The notes under the pieces were generated by a model that had not been told where the DNA came from, did not search any database, and was given only the letters and a program-made list of their open reading frames with translations. Shown here piece by piece: positions 38,749 to 49,432 of a stretch of DNA of 64,000 nt. Made by a program: the position numbers and the translations under genes. How positions within the stretch are numbered: position 1 is the first letter of the stretch; every line of letters starts with the position of its first letter. The DNA is from an uncultured Actinomycetota bacterium (lineage in GTDB: Bacteria > Actinomycetota > Actinomycetes > JADGOV01): positions 190,746 to 254,745 of the forward strand of contig CAWFCZ010000006.1 of NCBI GenBank assembly GCA_963814355.1. The letters are read 5' to 3'.

Positions 38749-38947
38749 TGCCCGGCGCCGTCTACGAATGCGCCGGGTGCGGCGAGCGGATGCTCGAGCG
38801 CCGGTGCGAAGACTGCAACCAGTTCACCCGCAAACTCGGCCCAGGAGGGCCGTGCCCAGCCTGCGACGAGGCGATCCTCGTGGCAGAGCTACTCGACCAG
38901 AACCAAGATCAACCGGTGCCCGCTTACACAGGAAAGTTGACAAGCTC
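38748..38947 (+). CDS. Small zinc-ribbon ORF carried by IS256; it is still open at the IS terminus
   Basis: The ATG overlaps the transposase stop (TGATG). YECAGCG..RCEDCN..GGPCPACDE. There is no stop codon before the IS end at 38947. Confidence 0.5.
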
Positions 38948-39824
38948 TGGACCGGCGCCGGTCATGCGGTATCGGCGCGGACGGTGGCCAACCTGCTGAA
39001 GGAGTCCGGGTACAGCTTGCAGGCGAACATCAAAACCCTCGAAGGCGCCCAGCATCCCGACCGGGACGCCCAATTCGGTTATCTCAACGCCCAGGCGGCA
39101 CAGTTTCAGGCAGCCGGTGATCCGGTGATCAGCGTCGACACGAAGAAGAAGATGCTGATCGGCAACTTCGCCGCTGCCGGTCGGGAATGGGAACCCGCCG
39201 CTGCGCCGAGGAAGAGGAATGTGCACGACTTCCCCGACCCGGCACTGGGCAAGGTCGCCCCCTACGGGATCTATGACATCACCACCAACACCGGCTGGGT
39301 CAACGTCGGTACCGACGCCGACACAGGACAGTTCGCGGTCGAATCGATCCGTCGCTGGTGGACCGAGATGGGCAAGGCCGTCTATCCCAGCGCGGCACAG
39401 CTGTTGATCACCGCGGACTCCGGTGGAATCCAACGGCTCCCGGCTACGGCTCTGGAAAACCGAACTCGCCACCCTGGCCACCGAAGCCGGGCTGACCATC
39501 ACCGTCTGCCACCTCCCACCCGGGACCTCGAAATGGAACAAAATCGAGCACCGGCTGTTCTCCGCGATCAGCCGAAGCTGGCGCGCCCGGCCCCTGGAAT
39601 CCCACGAAGTGGTCATCGAAACCCTCAAGGCCGTCACCACGAAGACCGGGCTCACCGTGCACGCCGAACTCGACACCAACACCTACCCCCGCGGCATCAA
39701 GATCCCCAACCAAGACATGAAAACCCTCGAAACAAAAGGAATCCTCACCCGCCACGATTTCCACGGCGACTGGAACTACTCCCTCACGCCCGACACCACG
39801 ACACTCCCGACACAACCCACCTAA
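38948..39824 (+). pseudogene. ISAzo13-family transposase, 5'-truncated and frameshifted near 39420
   Basis: ...SGYSLQANIKTLEGAQHPDRDAQF.YLN...ISVDTKKK..IGNF...HDFPDP.LGK..PYGIYD...NTGWVNVGTD.DT..FAV.SIRRWW...ITADSGG / SNGSRLRLWK.EL..LA.E.GL.I.V.H.PPGTSKWNKIEHRLFS. Confidence 0.7.
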
Positions 39825-39849
39825 AAACTGCGCGAGACCTAAGCACCGC

Positions 39850-41231
39850 ATCGCCGAGGATTACCTGCGCGAGCACACGGTCGGCGTTGGGGTGTTCTTG
39901 ATCCTGGTGGCCCGGGCTCCGGCGCCGGTGTGGAAGGTCGCCCGCACCGCCGCCGGGGTGATCCGCAACCTGGAGAAGACCCGGCAGTTCGTCAACCACT
40001 ACTCCTTCCACATCATGGACCCCACCTGGGGCCACGTGACGATCAAGATGAGCGGGCATCCGCCGTTCGGCGCGCAGGTGATCCTCAACGGCCACGAGTA
40101 CGTCGCCTGCGCCGGTCAGTCGGCGGGCATCGGCTTCGTCCAGGAGGGGAACTGTTTCACCCGGGTCGATGACCCCGCACGCCTGGCTCAGGTCGCAGAC
40201 ACCTTGTCCCAGCCCGGGACGATAGGGCGCCTGAGCCAGGTCATCGACCGGTGGATCTACACCGCGTGCCTGTGCTTCGGACTCGACCGCGCCGAGCAGG
40301 AACGCAGCGGCTTCGGCTACGGCTACTCGATCTACCAGGTCGAGTACAGCCGTAACCTGCTGTTCGCCTCCGGCGCGGTGATGGACCGGATCTTCGACGC
40401 GGTGGTGGACCGCACCCGGTCCCGGCTGGACTTGCCGAAGGTGCGCACGCTGTTCGGCAGCAAGGGCCGTCCGCACCGTAAACCCGGCGCCGAACTGTCA
40501 CCTCGGCAGGCGGTCGTGATCGAGAGACCTCGGTGGGACCTGACCATCTTCAAAGTCCACTTCGGGCTGTTGACGTTGAAGGGGTACACCAAAGGCGAAC
40601 ACGTCCTGCGCTTCGAGGCCATCGTGCACAACACCAGACAGCTCGGCTGCGGCCGGGTGCTCGCGCGCTTCCCCGAGATCGTCGGTCGACTGGCCGGGAT
40701 GGTCGACCGGTTCACCAGCATGCTGGACTGTGTCGACGTCGGCTTCATCCCGGACGGTGTCCTCGACCAGCTGCCGTTGCCCTCCCAGATCGGGGCGACC
40801 CGAGTCGGAGGCGTCGACGTGAACAAGACCCGCATCCGCGCGGCGCTCGCCGCCGTGCTCGCGTTGGCGGTGGCGCCCGAGGGTTCACCGTCGCCCAATT
40901 CGCCGCCAAGGTACAAACCATGACAGGGCAGACCGACGCCGACTACACCAGCCGCCAAGGTGCCTACGACCTGCGCAAGCTGCGCGGCAAACAGCTCGTC
41001 GTCAAACCCGGCCGGAGCCGGCGCTACCACGTGCCAGCAGCCGCCGCCCGCACCATCGCCGCGCTACTCACCCTCCGCGACAAGGTCATCGCGCCGCTGC
41101 TGGCAGGAGCCCGCATCCCGCGACGGGGACGGCCGCCCACTACCCTCACCCGCGTCGACCGCGACTACGAAGCGCTCCAGACCGGTATGCAGACCCTCTT
41201 CCGCGATCTCGGCATCGCCGCAGCCGCATAA
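39850..41231 (+). pseudogene. Uncharacterised transposase-like protein, 5'-truncated, frameshift near 40880
   Basis: FVNHYSFHIMDPTWGHVTIKMSGHPPFGAQVILNGHEYVA... and, in a second frame, FTVAQFAAKVQTMTGQTDADYTSRQGAYDLRKLRGKQLVVKPGRSRRYHV...RVDRDYEALQTGMQTLF. From memory this is a recurrent actinobacterial family, but I cannot name it. Confidence 0.4.
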
Positions 41232-41239
41232 ACAACTTC

Positions 41240-41632
41240 TTGTCGATCGACCTTCGGCAAGCCTCTAGGGCCAGCAGCAAGCCTCTGGTCCTCGGCATAC
41301 ATAAACCAACGCTCGACGTGGACGGGCCGCGGCGTCGCCGCCCGGCGGATGCAATGAACGGCACCCACGGCCCAGTCGACAGTCGTCGCGCGATCCGGGA
41401 TATCGGCGGATTCCAGCAGTTGACGGGACGCCAGCTTTGGCTTGCGGAGGCGGGGCGGAATGAGCCCGGTGACGAGCGCCGTCATCACACTGGGAAATCG
41501 GTGCATGCTGTGTTGAACTGACCCCTCGTCATCCAAGAGCAGCGGAGCCACCAACGCGCTCCGCGGATCCGCCATGAGCGTTTCGAACAGTATCCGAAGG
41601 GATCCGGGCTCGGGCGCAGGATCGGGGTTGAG
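41240..41632 (-). pseudogene. GT2 glycosyltransferase, distal part (downstream of the ISL3 insertion, 3'-truncated)
   Basis: Continues 43077-43339 in frame across the 8-bp duplication: ...LLALNP|DPAPEPGSLRILFETL...TVDWAVGAV...RWFMYAEDQ. Confidence 0.5.
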
Positions 41633-43076
41633 GGCTCTTCGAACTTGAGGGGGAAGTGGCACCCTCAGCAGGCGGTGGCCCGGCGTTGTTGCCGGGTGCG
41701 GGCGAAGCGTACCCGGCGGCGTTGGTTGTTGAGGTTGCGGAAGCCGTGGGCGGTCCGTGCCACCGTTTGACCGTCCGGTTCGTGGCCTCGGTTCCGGCGT
41801 TGGTGACGCCGGTCTGCAGGAACCCGAGCACCTCCGGCCACCAGGCTTCGATGGTGGCGGCGAGCCGTTCGAGTTCGGGCATGTCGGAGCGGGCGCACCA
41901 GTCGTTGAAGCGGTGCAGCCGGTGGGCGACGTCGTGGCGCTGCCCGCCGGTGCGGGCGGTGGCGAGCAGCGCGCGGAGTTCCTCCTGTCGATCCAGGCGG
42001 TGAGGATCTGCCCGCTCGGGTCGCCGTCGAGAAGACCGTTCCACATCGTGGTGAACTGTTTCTCGCTGAGCCGTTCCCGGCCGCGCAGCAGCCGGCGGCG
42101 GGCGGCCCACGCCGGGTCGGTCTTTCGCCCGCGCCGGCCGTGGGTGTCCCAGGTGACGCGGCGGCGGACGTCGGTCAGCGCCTGGTTCGCCAGGCGCACC
42201 AGGTGGAAGTGGTCGGCGCGATCAGGGCGTTGGGCAGCGCCTCGCGCACGGCGGCCCGATACGACGCGCAGGGGTCCATCGCCACGATCGCCACGGCGTC
42301 CTTCCACTGCTGCCCTCGCGCGTCGAGCCAGGCCACCACCGCGGCGCTGGTGCGCCCGGCGGTCTGGCCCAGCAGGCCGCCGGCGCCGGCCAGATCGACG
42401 AAGTTGGTCTCGAACCGCTCGGTCAACCGCCACTTTCCGGTGCTCGGGTCCTGCACCCACACCGGCCGGCCGCGGCGGGTCTCATCGATCCCGAGCACCG
42501 CGGTCGGCGCCGGCTCGGCGATCCGCGCCTCGGCATGTGCGACCCACGCCGCGTGCCCGATCGGCCAGCTCACCAGGCCCTCGCAGGCGCCGCTGACCGC
42601 CATCCCGTCAGCCACCCGCCCGGCGACGTGGCGGCGCAACCGGCCGGTAAGTCGGGCGCCAGCCGGCACCTCCGGGATGGCCTCGGTGAACGCCTTCCGC
42701 GGGCAGCGCCGCTCCCGGGGAGAAGTACTGGGTCTTGTGCCAGCGCACCACCAACGCCGCCTCGCCGTAACGCAGATCACGCGGGCGGGTCGTGCGGCGC
42801 TGCCGCACGCTGGTGGAGAACACCCCGCACACCGGGCAGGCCGTCGCGCTCTCCTCCTCGGTCAGCACGTGCACCGTACGCGCCCCGTCGGCGGCGCGGA
42901 CGACCTCACGCACCCGCACCCCGGGCAATCCGAACAGAATCGTCGTACCGTCTGGACTCACTCGTGGCCCCTCCGCTGTCGGCTCGTGAACACCGCCAGC
43001 GTCGAGGGGCCACGGGCTGACAGCCCGCAACCCAGCGACCTACAAGATCGTGTCGCCCCCCCCAGTTCCAAGAGCC
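41633..43076 (-). mobile_element. ISL3-family element with an 8-bp target duplication GGGTTGAG
   Basis: Inverted repeats GGCTCTTCGAACTTGAGGGGG (41633-) and CCCCCCCAGTTCCAAGAGCC (-43076). GGGTTGAG occurs at 41625-41632 and 43077-43084. Confidence 0.85.
41665..43030 (-). pseudogene. ISL3-family transposase with several frameshifts
   Basis: FGLPGVRVREV...ACPVCGVFSTSVRQRRTTRPRDL.YGE..LVVRWHK; LGIDETRRGRPVW...FETNFVDL..AGGLLGQT.GRT; VAMDPCASYRAAV; RRRLLRGRERLS; TNAGTEATNR.VK..ARTAHGFRNLNNQRRRVRF. These are spread over three frames. Confidence 0.8.
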
Positions 43077-43339
43077 GGGTTGAGGGCGAGTAAGGTGGGT
43101 ACATGCGTGTCCAGGAGCGCCCGGTTCATAGCTCGGGCGTAACCCTGGTTGAGATTGTTCTTGATGATTCGCACGCCGGGAAACCTCCCGGCCACGGTAA
43201 CACTGTCATCTATCGAGCCATTGTCCACGACGACTATTTCCGCGGAGAGGCCGTCAAGGGCCGCTGGCAGCGCCGCGAGGCACCGATTCAAGAGGCGCGC
43301 AGTGTTGTAACTGACGATGCCGATCCGTAAATCCGTCAC
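43077..43339 (-). pseudogene. GT2 glycosyltransferase, N-terminal part (interrupted by ISL3)
   Basis: MTDLRIGIVSYNTARLLNRCLAAL...EIVVVDNGSIDDSV...NLNQGYARAMNRAL. Confidence 0.7.
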
Positions 43340-44427
43340 TCAAGCGACCGTCCTCTCACGGATAACACGGTCCTGACCAGCTCCTCCATACGCTCGCTCA
43401 ACGCCAACCGATCGGCGACTCGCTGGCGCCCCAACCGTGAGAGGCGACGGCGTTCCTGCGGATCTGCCAGCAACATCTCCAGTGCCCCCGCGAGGGCCGT
43501 CGGGTCACGTGGAGGTACGAGCACACCTGCCCTCCCGACGATCTCGGAGACCCCACCATGCTCGGTCGCGACCACCGGTATCCCGACGCTCATGGCCTCG
43601 GCGGCTACGAGGGGGCCAGCCTCCGGTTCGACGCTACTGCTTACCGCAATGGTCCAACGGCGCATGGCGGCCAACACGTCCGTGACCGGTCCCACGAAAT
43701 CGACACGACCGGCGAGGTCGGGCTGCTGAGCCCGCTGCCTAATTGTTCGAACGTAGTCCCCGTCCTTGGGAAACGCATCGCCGACCAGTTCCAGCCGGAC
43801 GTCTCGTCGAGGCAAGCACGCGACCGCCTCCAATAAGACGTCCTGTCCTTTCCAAGACGTCAACAGACCAGCGCAGCCGATGATGGGCCGTCCGGCTGCC
43901 GATTCCTCGGCTGGGACGACGGGCCACGGGGTCCCGTTGAGCACCACGCGGACTGGAAGGCCGAAGCGTTCGAGACTTTCCGCCACCGCGTTCGACACAG
44001 CAATCACCAGCGTGATCCGATGCCTTACGGCCTGCAGCAGGGCAAACATATCGCGCCGGGTGATCACGTCGTGGGCTAGCCAGACAACCGGAATGGATAG
44101 CCTCGCCATGGCTACCGCCGGGAGCGCCAGCAAGCCGTTGACAACGACGATGTCGGCGTCCCGAGCCGCGCTGCGGAGGGTCAAGGCCGCGCGTGCGGAC
44201 CGTACGAGAGCGAGCACAACCCCGACGACGCGCGGTCCAGCGCTCAGCGTCAATTCCGGTATCGCCTTGATCAGGACACGTTCCGCGCGCAGCACCGTAC
44301 TCAGGGGGCCTGCCGGCGTCACTGCGACAACATCCACGCCACGGGCGGTAAGCGCCTTGACAAGCCGGACAAGCACCTGTTCGGCGCCTGACCGTCGTCC
44401 GGTATGGGACACGGCCACGATCTTCAC
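43336..44427 (-). CDS. GT4-family (GT-B) glycosyltransferase
   Basis: GTG 44427 overlaps the flippase stop (GTGA). VKIVAVSHTGRRSGAEQVL... and a C-terminal EPEAGPLVAAEAMSVGIPVV motif. Confidence 0.8.
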   Translation of the reverse strand: MKIVAVSHTGRRSGAEQVLVRLVKALTARGVDVVAVTPAGPLSTVLRAERVLIKAIPELTLSAGPRVVGVVLALVRSARAALTLRSAARDADIVVVNGLLALPAVAMARLSIPVVWLAHDVITRRDMFALLQAVRHRITLVIAVSNAVAESLERFGLPVRVVLNGTPWPVVPAEESAAGRPIIGCAGLLTSWKGQDVLLEAVACLPRRDVRLELVGDAFPKDGDYVRTIRQRAQQPDLAGRVDFVGPVTDVLAAMRRWTIAVSSSVEPEAGPLVAAEAMSVGIPVVATEHGGVSEIVGRAGVLVPPRDPTALAGALEMLLADPQERRRLSRLGRQRVADRLALSERMEELVRTVLSVRGRSLE

Positions 44428-45893
44428 GCCCACACCGCTCCTCTGTTGATGAGGCTGCCGAACCTCGGGCCCATAAACAACGGAACGCCCAGCACGAGAA
44501 CGACGTAAAGCGTGGCCACGAGAGTTGCAGCGTACGGCCATGGCACCGAACTACGGACCAATAATCCTAGCCCGACGGCGAGGCCTGTGGCAATGGCGAC
44601 AACCGCCAGCGCGCATACCGGAAACGGTCGCACCCCCCGCACATTGAAGACGACGCCAACGCCAACAGCCGCAGCACCGACCTGCGTCAACAGAGTGGCG
44701 ATTGCCGCCCCGTTGTAAGAGAGAGCCGGGATAAGAAACAGGTTAAGAGACACGTTTAGTAGTAGCGCGCATAGGGCGATGGCCACATAGGTCCGGTTGC
44801 GCCGCAATGCGACCAATACGTTGACCGTAAGAATGAAGAAGACTAGCATGCACTGACCGCTCACGCACATCAAGGCAGCATGAGCCGTCACAACATATCG
44901 CTCTCCGTAGAAGAGTCGGATAATGTCCGCCGCGAATGGCGCGAAGACCACAAGCACAAGCCCGGAAACCACAGCGGCTAGCTCTGTACCGCGCGAAAGT
45001 GCAGTATTGAAGCCGGCGGGATCATCCACGACGGTTCGCACGAGAACCGTAAGCAACGGGACACCGAGTGCGACGGCAAGGAAGCCGACGAGCGTGGCGA
45101 ATTTGCTAGCGACACCGTAAAGGCCAACCGCGCTGAAGGTGTCGAGTCGCGAAAGCATGACAATATCGACTTGGGAGGCGAGGGTAACCACAACGGCCCC
45201 AATGGCCAACGGCGTCGACTCCCGCAGTATAGATAGCCAGTCGCGCAAATCTATGCCGTACTGAAACCTAGTTATCGCGCGGGCCGCGCGCCACTTCCAC
45301 ATGCCGGCGACCGTGTCGAAGGTCAACGCTGGAAGGACAAAGAGCAGGAGGGTGGGGGCAGTCTTCGCGACCAGGACGGTACACACCAGCTGAACACTCT
45401 GACCAACAACATTCGCCACAGCGACCACCCCCATCCTCAGTCGGAACTGGAATAGGGCCTCGAGACTATGCGAGATCGCCCCCGCGATAAGGGCCAACGC
45501 CGCGAAAGCCATGGCTTGAACGACGGCAGGCGGGTAGCCGGTCACCAGCACGAAGCCCACCGCAAGTAGGTAGGCAACAAACCCGAGCGTCGCGCGAAGC
45601 AGGAGGTACGAACCTAGGAACGAGCCGATTCCCTCACCGAACTGGGCCAAGCGGAGCAGGACAACGCGACTGCTGCCGAAGTCTGTCAGTATCCCCAACA
45701 GCGCGGTAGTCGCGAAGACGAACGAGTATTGTCCCCACTCGGCCGCAGTGAGATGTCTGACTACTAAAACAGTGCCAGCCCAACCTAAAGCGGCGACAGC
45801 AACTCGGCTTGCCATCAAAGAGGCAGCGTTGCCGACGAAGCCTCGTGCCAATCGTTCATCCGCTATTCCGCCCGCGGTCCGACCCTCAGTCAC
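44424..45893 (-). CDS. Polysaccharide/oligosaccharide flippase (Wzx/MOP-type)
   Basis: 489 aa with about 12-14 hydrophobic helices and the typical N-terminus ...NAASLMASRVAVAALGWAGTVLVVRHLTAAEWGQYSF. Confidence 0.7.
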   Translation of the reverse strand: MTEGRTAGGIADERLARGFVGNAASLMASRVAVAALGWAGTVLVVRHLTAAEWGQYSFVFATTALLGILTDFGSSRVVLLRLAQFGEGIGSFLGSYLLLRATLGFVAYLLAVGFVLVTGYPPAVVQAMAFAALALIAGAISHSLEALFQFRLRMGVVAVANVVGQSVQLVCTVLVAKTAPTLLLFVLPALTFDTVAGMWKWRAARAITRFQYGIDLRDWLSILRESTPLAIGAVVVTLASQVDIVMLSRLDTFSAVGLYGVASKFATLVGFLAVALGVPLLTVLVRTVVDDPAGFNTALSRGTELAAVVSGLVLVVFAPFAADIIRLFYGERYVVTAHAALMCVSGQCMLVFFILTVNVLVALRRNRTYVAIALCALLLNVSLNLFLIPALSYNGAAIATLLTQVGAAAVGVGVVFNVRGVRPFPVCALAVVAIATGLAVGLGLLVRSSVPWPYAATLVATLYVVLVLGVPLFMGPRFGSLINRGAVWA

Positions 45894-45920
45894 GGTAGTC
45901 AGTTGGGGTTTGAGTACGCA

Positions 45921-46871
45921 CTAAGTTCCAGCGAGGCGAGCGACGATGGGTTCCACAGCCGCTGCATCGGCGCCGAGGTGCAGGTAGCTGAAGCCGTACT
46001 TCTCGCGGCGCTCCTGCAGCAAGTCTACACACTGGTGGACGTCACCCACTAGCACGGCTGGGGAGTCCTGAAGGACCTCCCCGGCGGCTTCAATCATGCT
46101 CGAGAAGGTCGCTGATGACCGTTTCGTGGGCTCCGTTCCGGACAACACACAGCAATGAAGCACGCTCAACTGCAACTCGATATTGCGGGGGTCGCGGCCT
46201 GCCGCTTCCGCCTCAGCCCGCACCCACGCCACCTTCGCCGCCATCCGATCGGCTCGCAAATCATCCACCGCCCGTTGATCAGCGACCCCGTTGGGCAACG
46301 AGCAATAGACCCCTACGATGTCAGCCTCCCGAGCCGCGAGGCCGAGAATGCGCCGCCCACCTCCCCCAATGAGCAGAGGCGGCCGTGGCTTCTGTACCGG
46401 CTTAGGCAGGCCGATCAGGTTGCTAATATTGTAGTGGCTTCCCTTTAGCGTGACTGCGTCGTCTCCGAATAGCGCTTTTATAATCCTCACCGACTCGCTT
46501 AGGCGCTCTACCCGCACCCCTGCCGGCGGCATGATAATCCCGGCCGCGGAGTAGTCGGCGGACATCCAACCGGCACCCAGGCCCAGTTCTACTCGGCCGG
46601 CCGAAAGCACGTCCATGGTGGCTGCCATCTTGTGAACCAGCACTGGATGGCGGTAGTCGTTACCGAGGACAAGGGAGAGGACACGCAGCCCCGGGGCAGC
46701 GTCTGCGGCGGCCTGCATGGCGATCATAGGTTCCATGGCCCATCCAGACGACATATGGTCCGACACGGAGACCGTCGAGAAACCCATGTCCTCAAGACGC
46801 CGAACCTGACCTTGCCACTCCGCTAGCGAGCCGCCCGGCACCGGTAGGGTAGCTATGAAACGGAATTGCAC
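45921..46871 (-). CDS. Luciferase-like (LLM class), probably F420-dependent oxidoreductase
   Basis: FSTVSVSDH...GRVELGLGAGW...PKPVQKPRPPLLIGGGGRRILGLAARE. Confidence 0.75.
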   Translation of the reverse strand: MQFRFIATLPVPGGSLAEWQGQVRRLEDMGFSTVSVSDHMSSGWAMEPMIAMQAAADAAPGLRVLSLVLGNDYRHPVLVHKMAATMDVLSAGRVELGLGAGWMSADYSAAGIIMPPAGVRVERLSESVRIIKALFGDDAVTLKGSHYNISNLIGLPKPVQKPRPPLLIGGGGRRILGLAAREADIVGVYCSLPNGVADQRAVDDLRADRMAAKVAWVRAEAEAAGRDPRNIELQLSVLHCCVLSGTEPTKRSSATFSSMIEAAGEVLQDSPAVLVGDVHQCVDLLQERREKYGFSYLHLGADAAAVEPIVARLAGT

Positions 46872-47097
46872 CGGTCGGCCCTGCTCTGCGCTGACATAAA
46901 CTCGTGCGGCCGAGGAGCGCGTGTCTTCGACGTTGCGGACATAGGGGAAGCACCCCGTCTCGAGCCCACGAGTGGCTGGCGCGCGCTGCGATGCACCTCG
47001 GAGTGGGTCACCACAAAATTGCAGTGCCGAGAGAAGCTAAGGGTCCCTCGCGCGATAGAAGGGATCCAAGCATGCCTTGGACTGCTCACCGAAAGTA

Positions 47098-48213
47098 TCA
47101 TTGAGCGGCGTCCTCGGGAAAGTGGGAATAGGGTGCATTCGAGGCGTCGCCCGTACCGACCGCCGGCTTCATGCCGGTTGAGGAGGCAGTAAGAGAGTCG
47201 AGCCCCCCGCGCCAGGGAGATCGGCCCCGTCGCAGCAATTGCAGTGATTGGTCAAAGCCGATGGCGAGGTCGCGACCGAGGCGCAGAACCTGAGTACCGG
47301 CATAGGCGCCTAGACCTAAATAGCATCTCGCTCTCTCATTATATGGCAACTCGCTTCGGTGCACCCTGCGGAAGTATTCGGCAAGCAAGTCCCATTCGGG
47401 AAACACTATGCGGCCAGTCTTGCGGGGATCCCAAGCCTCGGACGGAGGCCATGGGCCAGGACTCAACCTACGAGTGAGGACCATACCGGGCCTCAATCGA
47501 ATGCCGGATCTAGTACTCCGGTCATTGTGCTCTCGATTGTAGAACAAGACATTCCCGATCTTGGCCATTGGGCCCAGTAGCGCCAGTCTGGCCAGCAGGA
47601 CACGGTCACCATAGGCGTGCGAGCTCATGCCACCGGCGCGCCGAACGGCCGCCGACCGGAAGACGCCATACTGTTCATCGACGCCGTGGATCCACGGCCG
47701 GGCGGAGATGACCTTGAGAAAGCGAGCACTCGGCGCCTCGTCGCTGAGATCAAGGACAAGGCGTTGCGAAGGAAGGGTCGCACCGTCCGACGCGATCATG
47801 GCTGTCTCGCCGTAACACCCAATAATGGTGGACGTAGCGTCGAGAACATCAACTGCATGCTGGACGTATGTCTGAGCAATTCGGTCGTCCGCTGCACACC
47901 ACTTGAAAAACTCACTGTTGCAGTACTGCAAGCATCGATTGTAGTTCGTAACAACGTCAACGAAGTCAGGATGACGTTTATAGCGAACACGGGTGTCTCG
48001 GGCCGCGCAGTCTCGCGCGACCGCCTCAGTTTGATCAGTGGAGGCGTTGTCTACCACAACGATGTCGAGGTCTTCGAACGACTGACTCGTGATATCCGCT
48101 AAAGTCTCAGCGAGGAAACGGGCACCGTTATGCACCGGGAGGGCAAGGCACACCCTTGCACCAGCGCCGCTCGGGCCATCCGTGACGGCTGAGGAGTACG
48201 TCTTACGCTGCAT
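47098..48213 (-). CDS. GT2-family glycosyltransferase
   Basis: VCLALPVHNGARFLAETLADITSQSFEDLDIVVVDNASTDQTEAVAR. The start is uncertain (48213, 48231 or 48306). Confidence 0.75.
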   Translation of the reverse strand: MQRKTYSSAVTDGPSGAGARVCLALPVHNGARFLAETLADITSQSFEDLDIVVVDNASTDQTEAVARDCAARDTRVRYKRHPDFVDVVTNYNRCLQYCNSEFFKWCAADDRIAQTYVQHAVDVLDATSTIIGCYGETAMIASDGATLPSQRLVLDLSDEAPSARFLKVISARPWIHGVDEQYGVFRSAAVRRAGGMSSHAYGDRVLLARLALLGPMAKIGNVLFYNREHNDRSTRSGIRLRPGMVLTRRLSPGPWPPSEAWDPRKTGRIVFPEWDLLAEYFRRVHRSELPYNERARCYLGLGAYAGTQVLRLGRDLAIGFDQSLQLLRRGRSPWRGGLDSLTASSTGMKPAVGTGDASNAPYSHFPEDAAQ

Positions 48214-48318
48214 GTGACCCCTTAACGACATCAAGCATGCGTTCGAAGGAAAACTCCCCGGTAACCCTGTCAGATCCAAGGTTGTTCGGTAAGCGGTGCA
48301 AAACACCCAATTGAGCAG

Positions 48319-49365
48319 TCATACGAGCCTACGATAGACCTCGACGGTCTGCTCGGCACAGAGTCGCCAGTTCAAGTGGGCAATCCCGTCCCCTTGCACT
48401 GCCAAGACGTGCGAGCGGAAGTCGGCATCCATGGTGACGTTACGTATCGCCTCGCTAAGCGCGCAGGCATCACCAATCGGCACGAGGAACCCGTCTGCCA
48501 CAGGGAAGAGTTCAGGTAGCGCTCCGACTGCCGTCGCCACCACAGGTGCACCGGTAGCCATAGCTTCCAGCGGCGGAAGTCCAAATCCTTCGTAGCGTGA
48601 CGGGTAGGCCACAACGCTTGCGGCCTTGTACAAGCCCGGTAGCGCGTCAGCCGGAACGCGACCCAAGCAGATGGCTGGGCTAGGCTGGACTCGGCCGAGC
48701 CTTCCTGCGAGCACAAGAGGAATGGTCAGATTTGCACACACGGTTGCCAGCATCACAAGATCCTTACGTGGCTCGACCGTCCCCACGTGCAAGACGAATC
48801 GTTCCGGTAGTTCGAAGGCTTGTCGAGCCCGCTCTACCTCCTCCTCGGTCGGCGGTGCGAACTCGGGTGCGGGCGCGAGCCGCGTGACCTCCGCTTCCCG
48901 CCCGAACCTGTCGAGAAGCCGCTCCGCGGTGAACCGGGACACCGCTATCAGGGCATCGGCGCGTCGAACCGTAGCGGCGATCAGGGCGCGTTCCGCAGCA
49001 GCGCGGTGACGCTGAAAAGCCCAGGGCACGTCGAAGGCGGATAGATCGTGCACGGTTGCTACCAACGGCGCCGTTCGGCGCAGCGGAAGATCCACATCCA
49101 ACCCGTGGATAATATCCTGTGTTCCGGGGAAGGATCGACTGGACTCCCATAACCGGCGGATGCCCGCGCAGTCGGGACGCACCACCCGGCCGGCGGCGCT
49201 GAGTGCCGCTGCGGCTGCGTGTCGCTGTACGCGGGCAGTCAGGCCGATATCAGCGTCAACCTGCGGTATGGCGGCCATGAGGTTGCGGATGTACGTCTGA
49301 ACCCCGCTACCCGGAACCGTCAAAGCCAGCGCGTTGAGACCCACCCGAAGCACCGACCACTCCAA
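48319..49365 (-). CDS. GT4-family glycosyltransferase
   Basis: Contains the motif SRYEGFGLPPLEAMATGAPVVA; the sequence is consistent with a GT-B fold. Confidence 0.8.
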   Translation of the reverse strand: MEWSVLRVGLNALALTVPGSGVQTYIRNLMAAIPQVDADIGLTARVQRHAAAAALSAAGRVVRPDCAGIRRLWESSRSFPGTQDIIHGLDVDLPLRRTAPLVATVHDLSAFDVPWAFQRHRAAAERALIAATVRRADALIAVSRFTAERLLDRFGREAEVTRLAPAPEFAPPTEEEVERARQAFELPERFVLHVGTVEPRKDLVMLATVCANLTIPLVLAGRLGRVQPSPAICLGRVPADALPGLYKAASVVAYPSRYEGFGLPPLEAMATGAPVVATAVGALPELFPVADGFLVPIGDACALSEAIRNVTMDADFRSHVLAVQGDGIAHLNWRLCAEQTVEVYRRLV

Positions 49366-49432
49366 CTCGTTCGTTCGTCGGCCGGGCGTGCCAAGCCGCG
49401 GTACACTCAGCTTAGGCTACTCCGGAGGGCTG

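Larger units (their letters stand above)
21133..38947 (+). mobile_element. IS256-family element (copy 1) split into four pieces by nested RIT-2del (containing RIT-1) and W (containing Y and Z)
   Basis: The transposase is colinear across 21215-22091, 27306-27560 and 38471-38748. The right terminus ...CACAGGAAAGTTGACAAGCTC (38947) resembles the inverse of 21139-21170. The left end is approximate. Confidence 0.7.
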
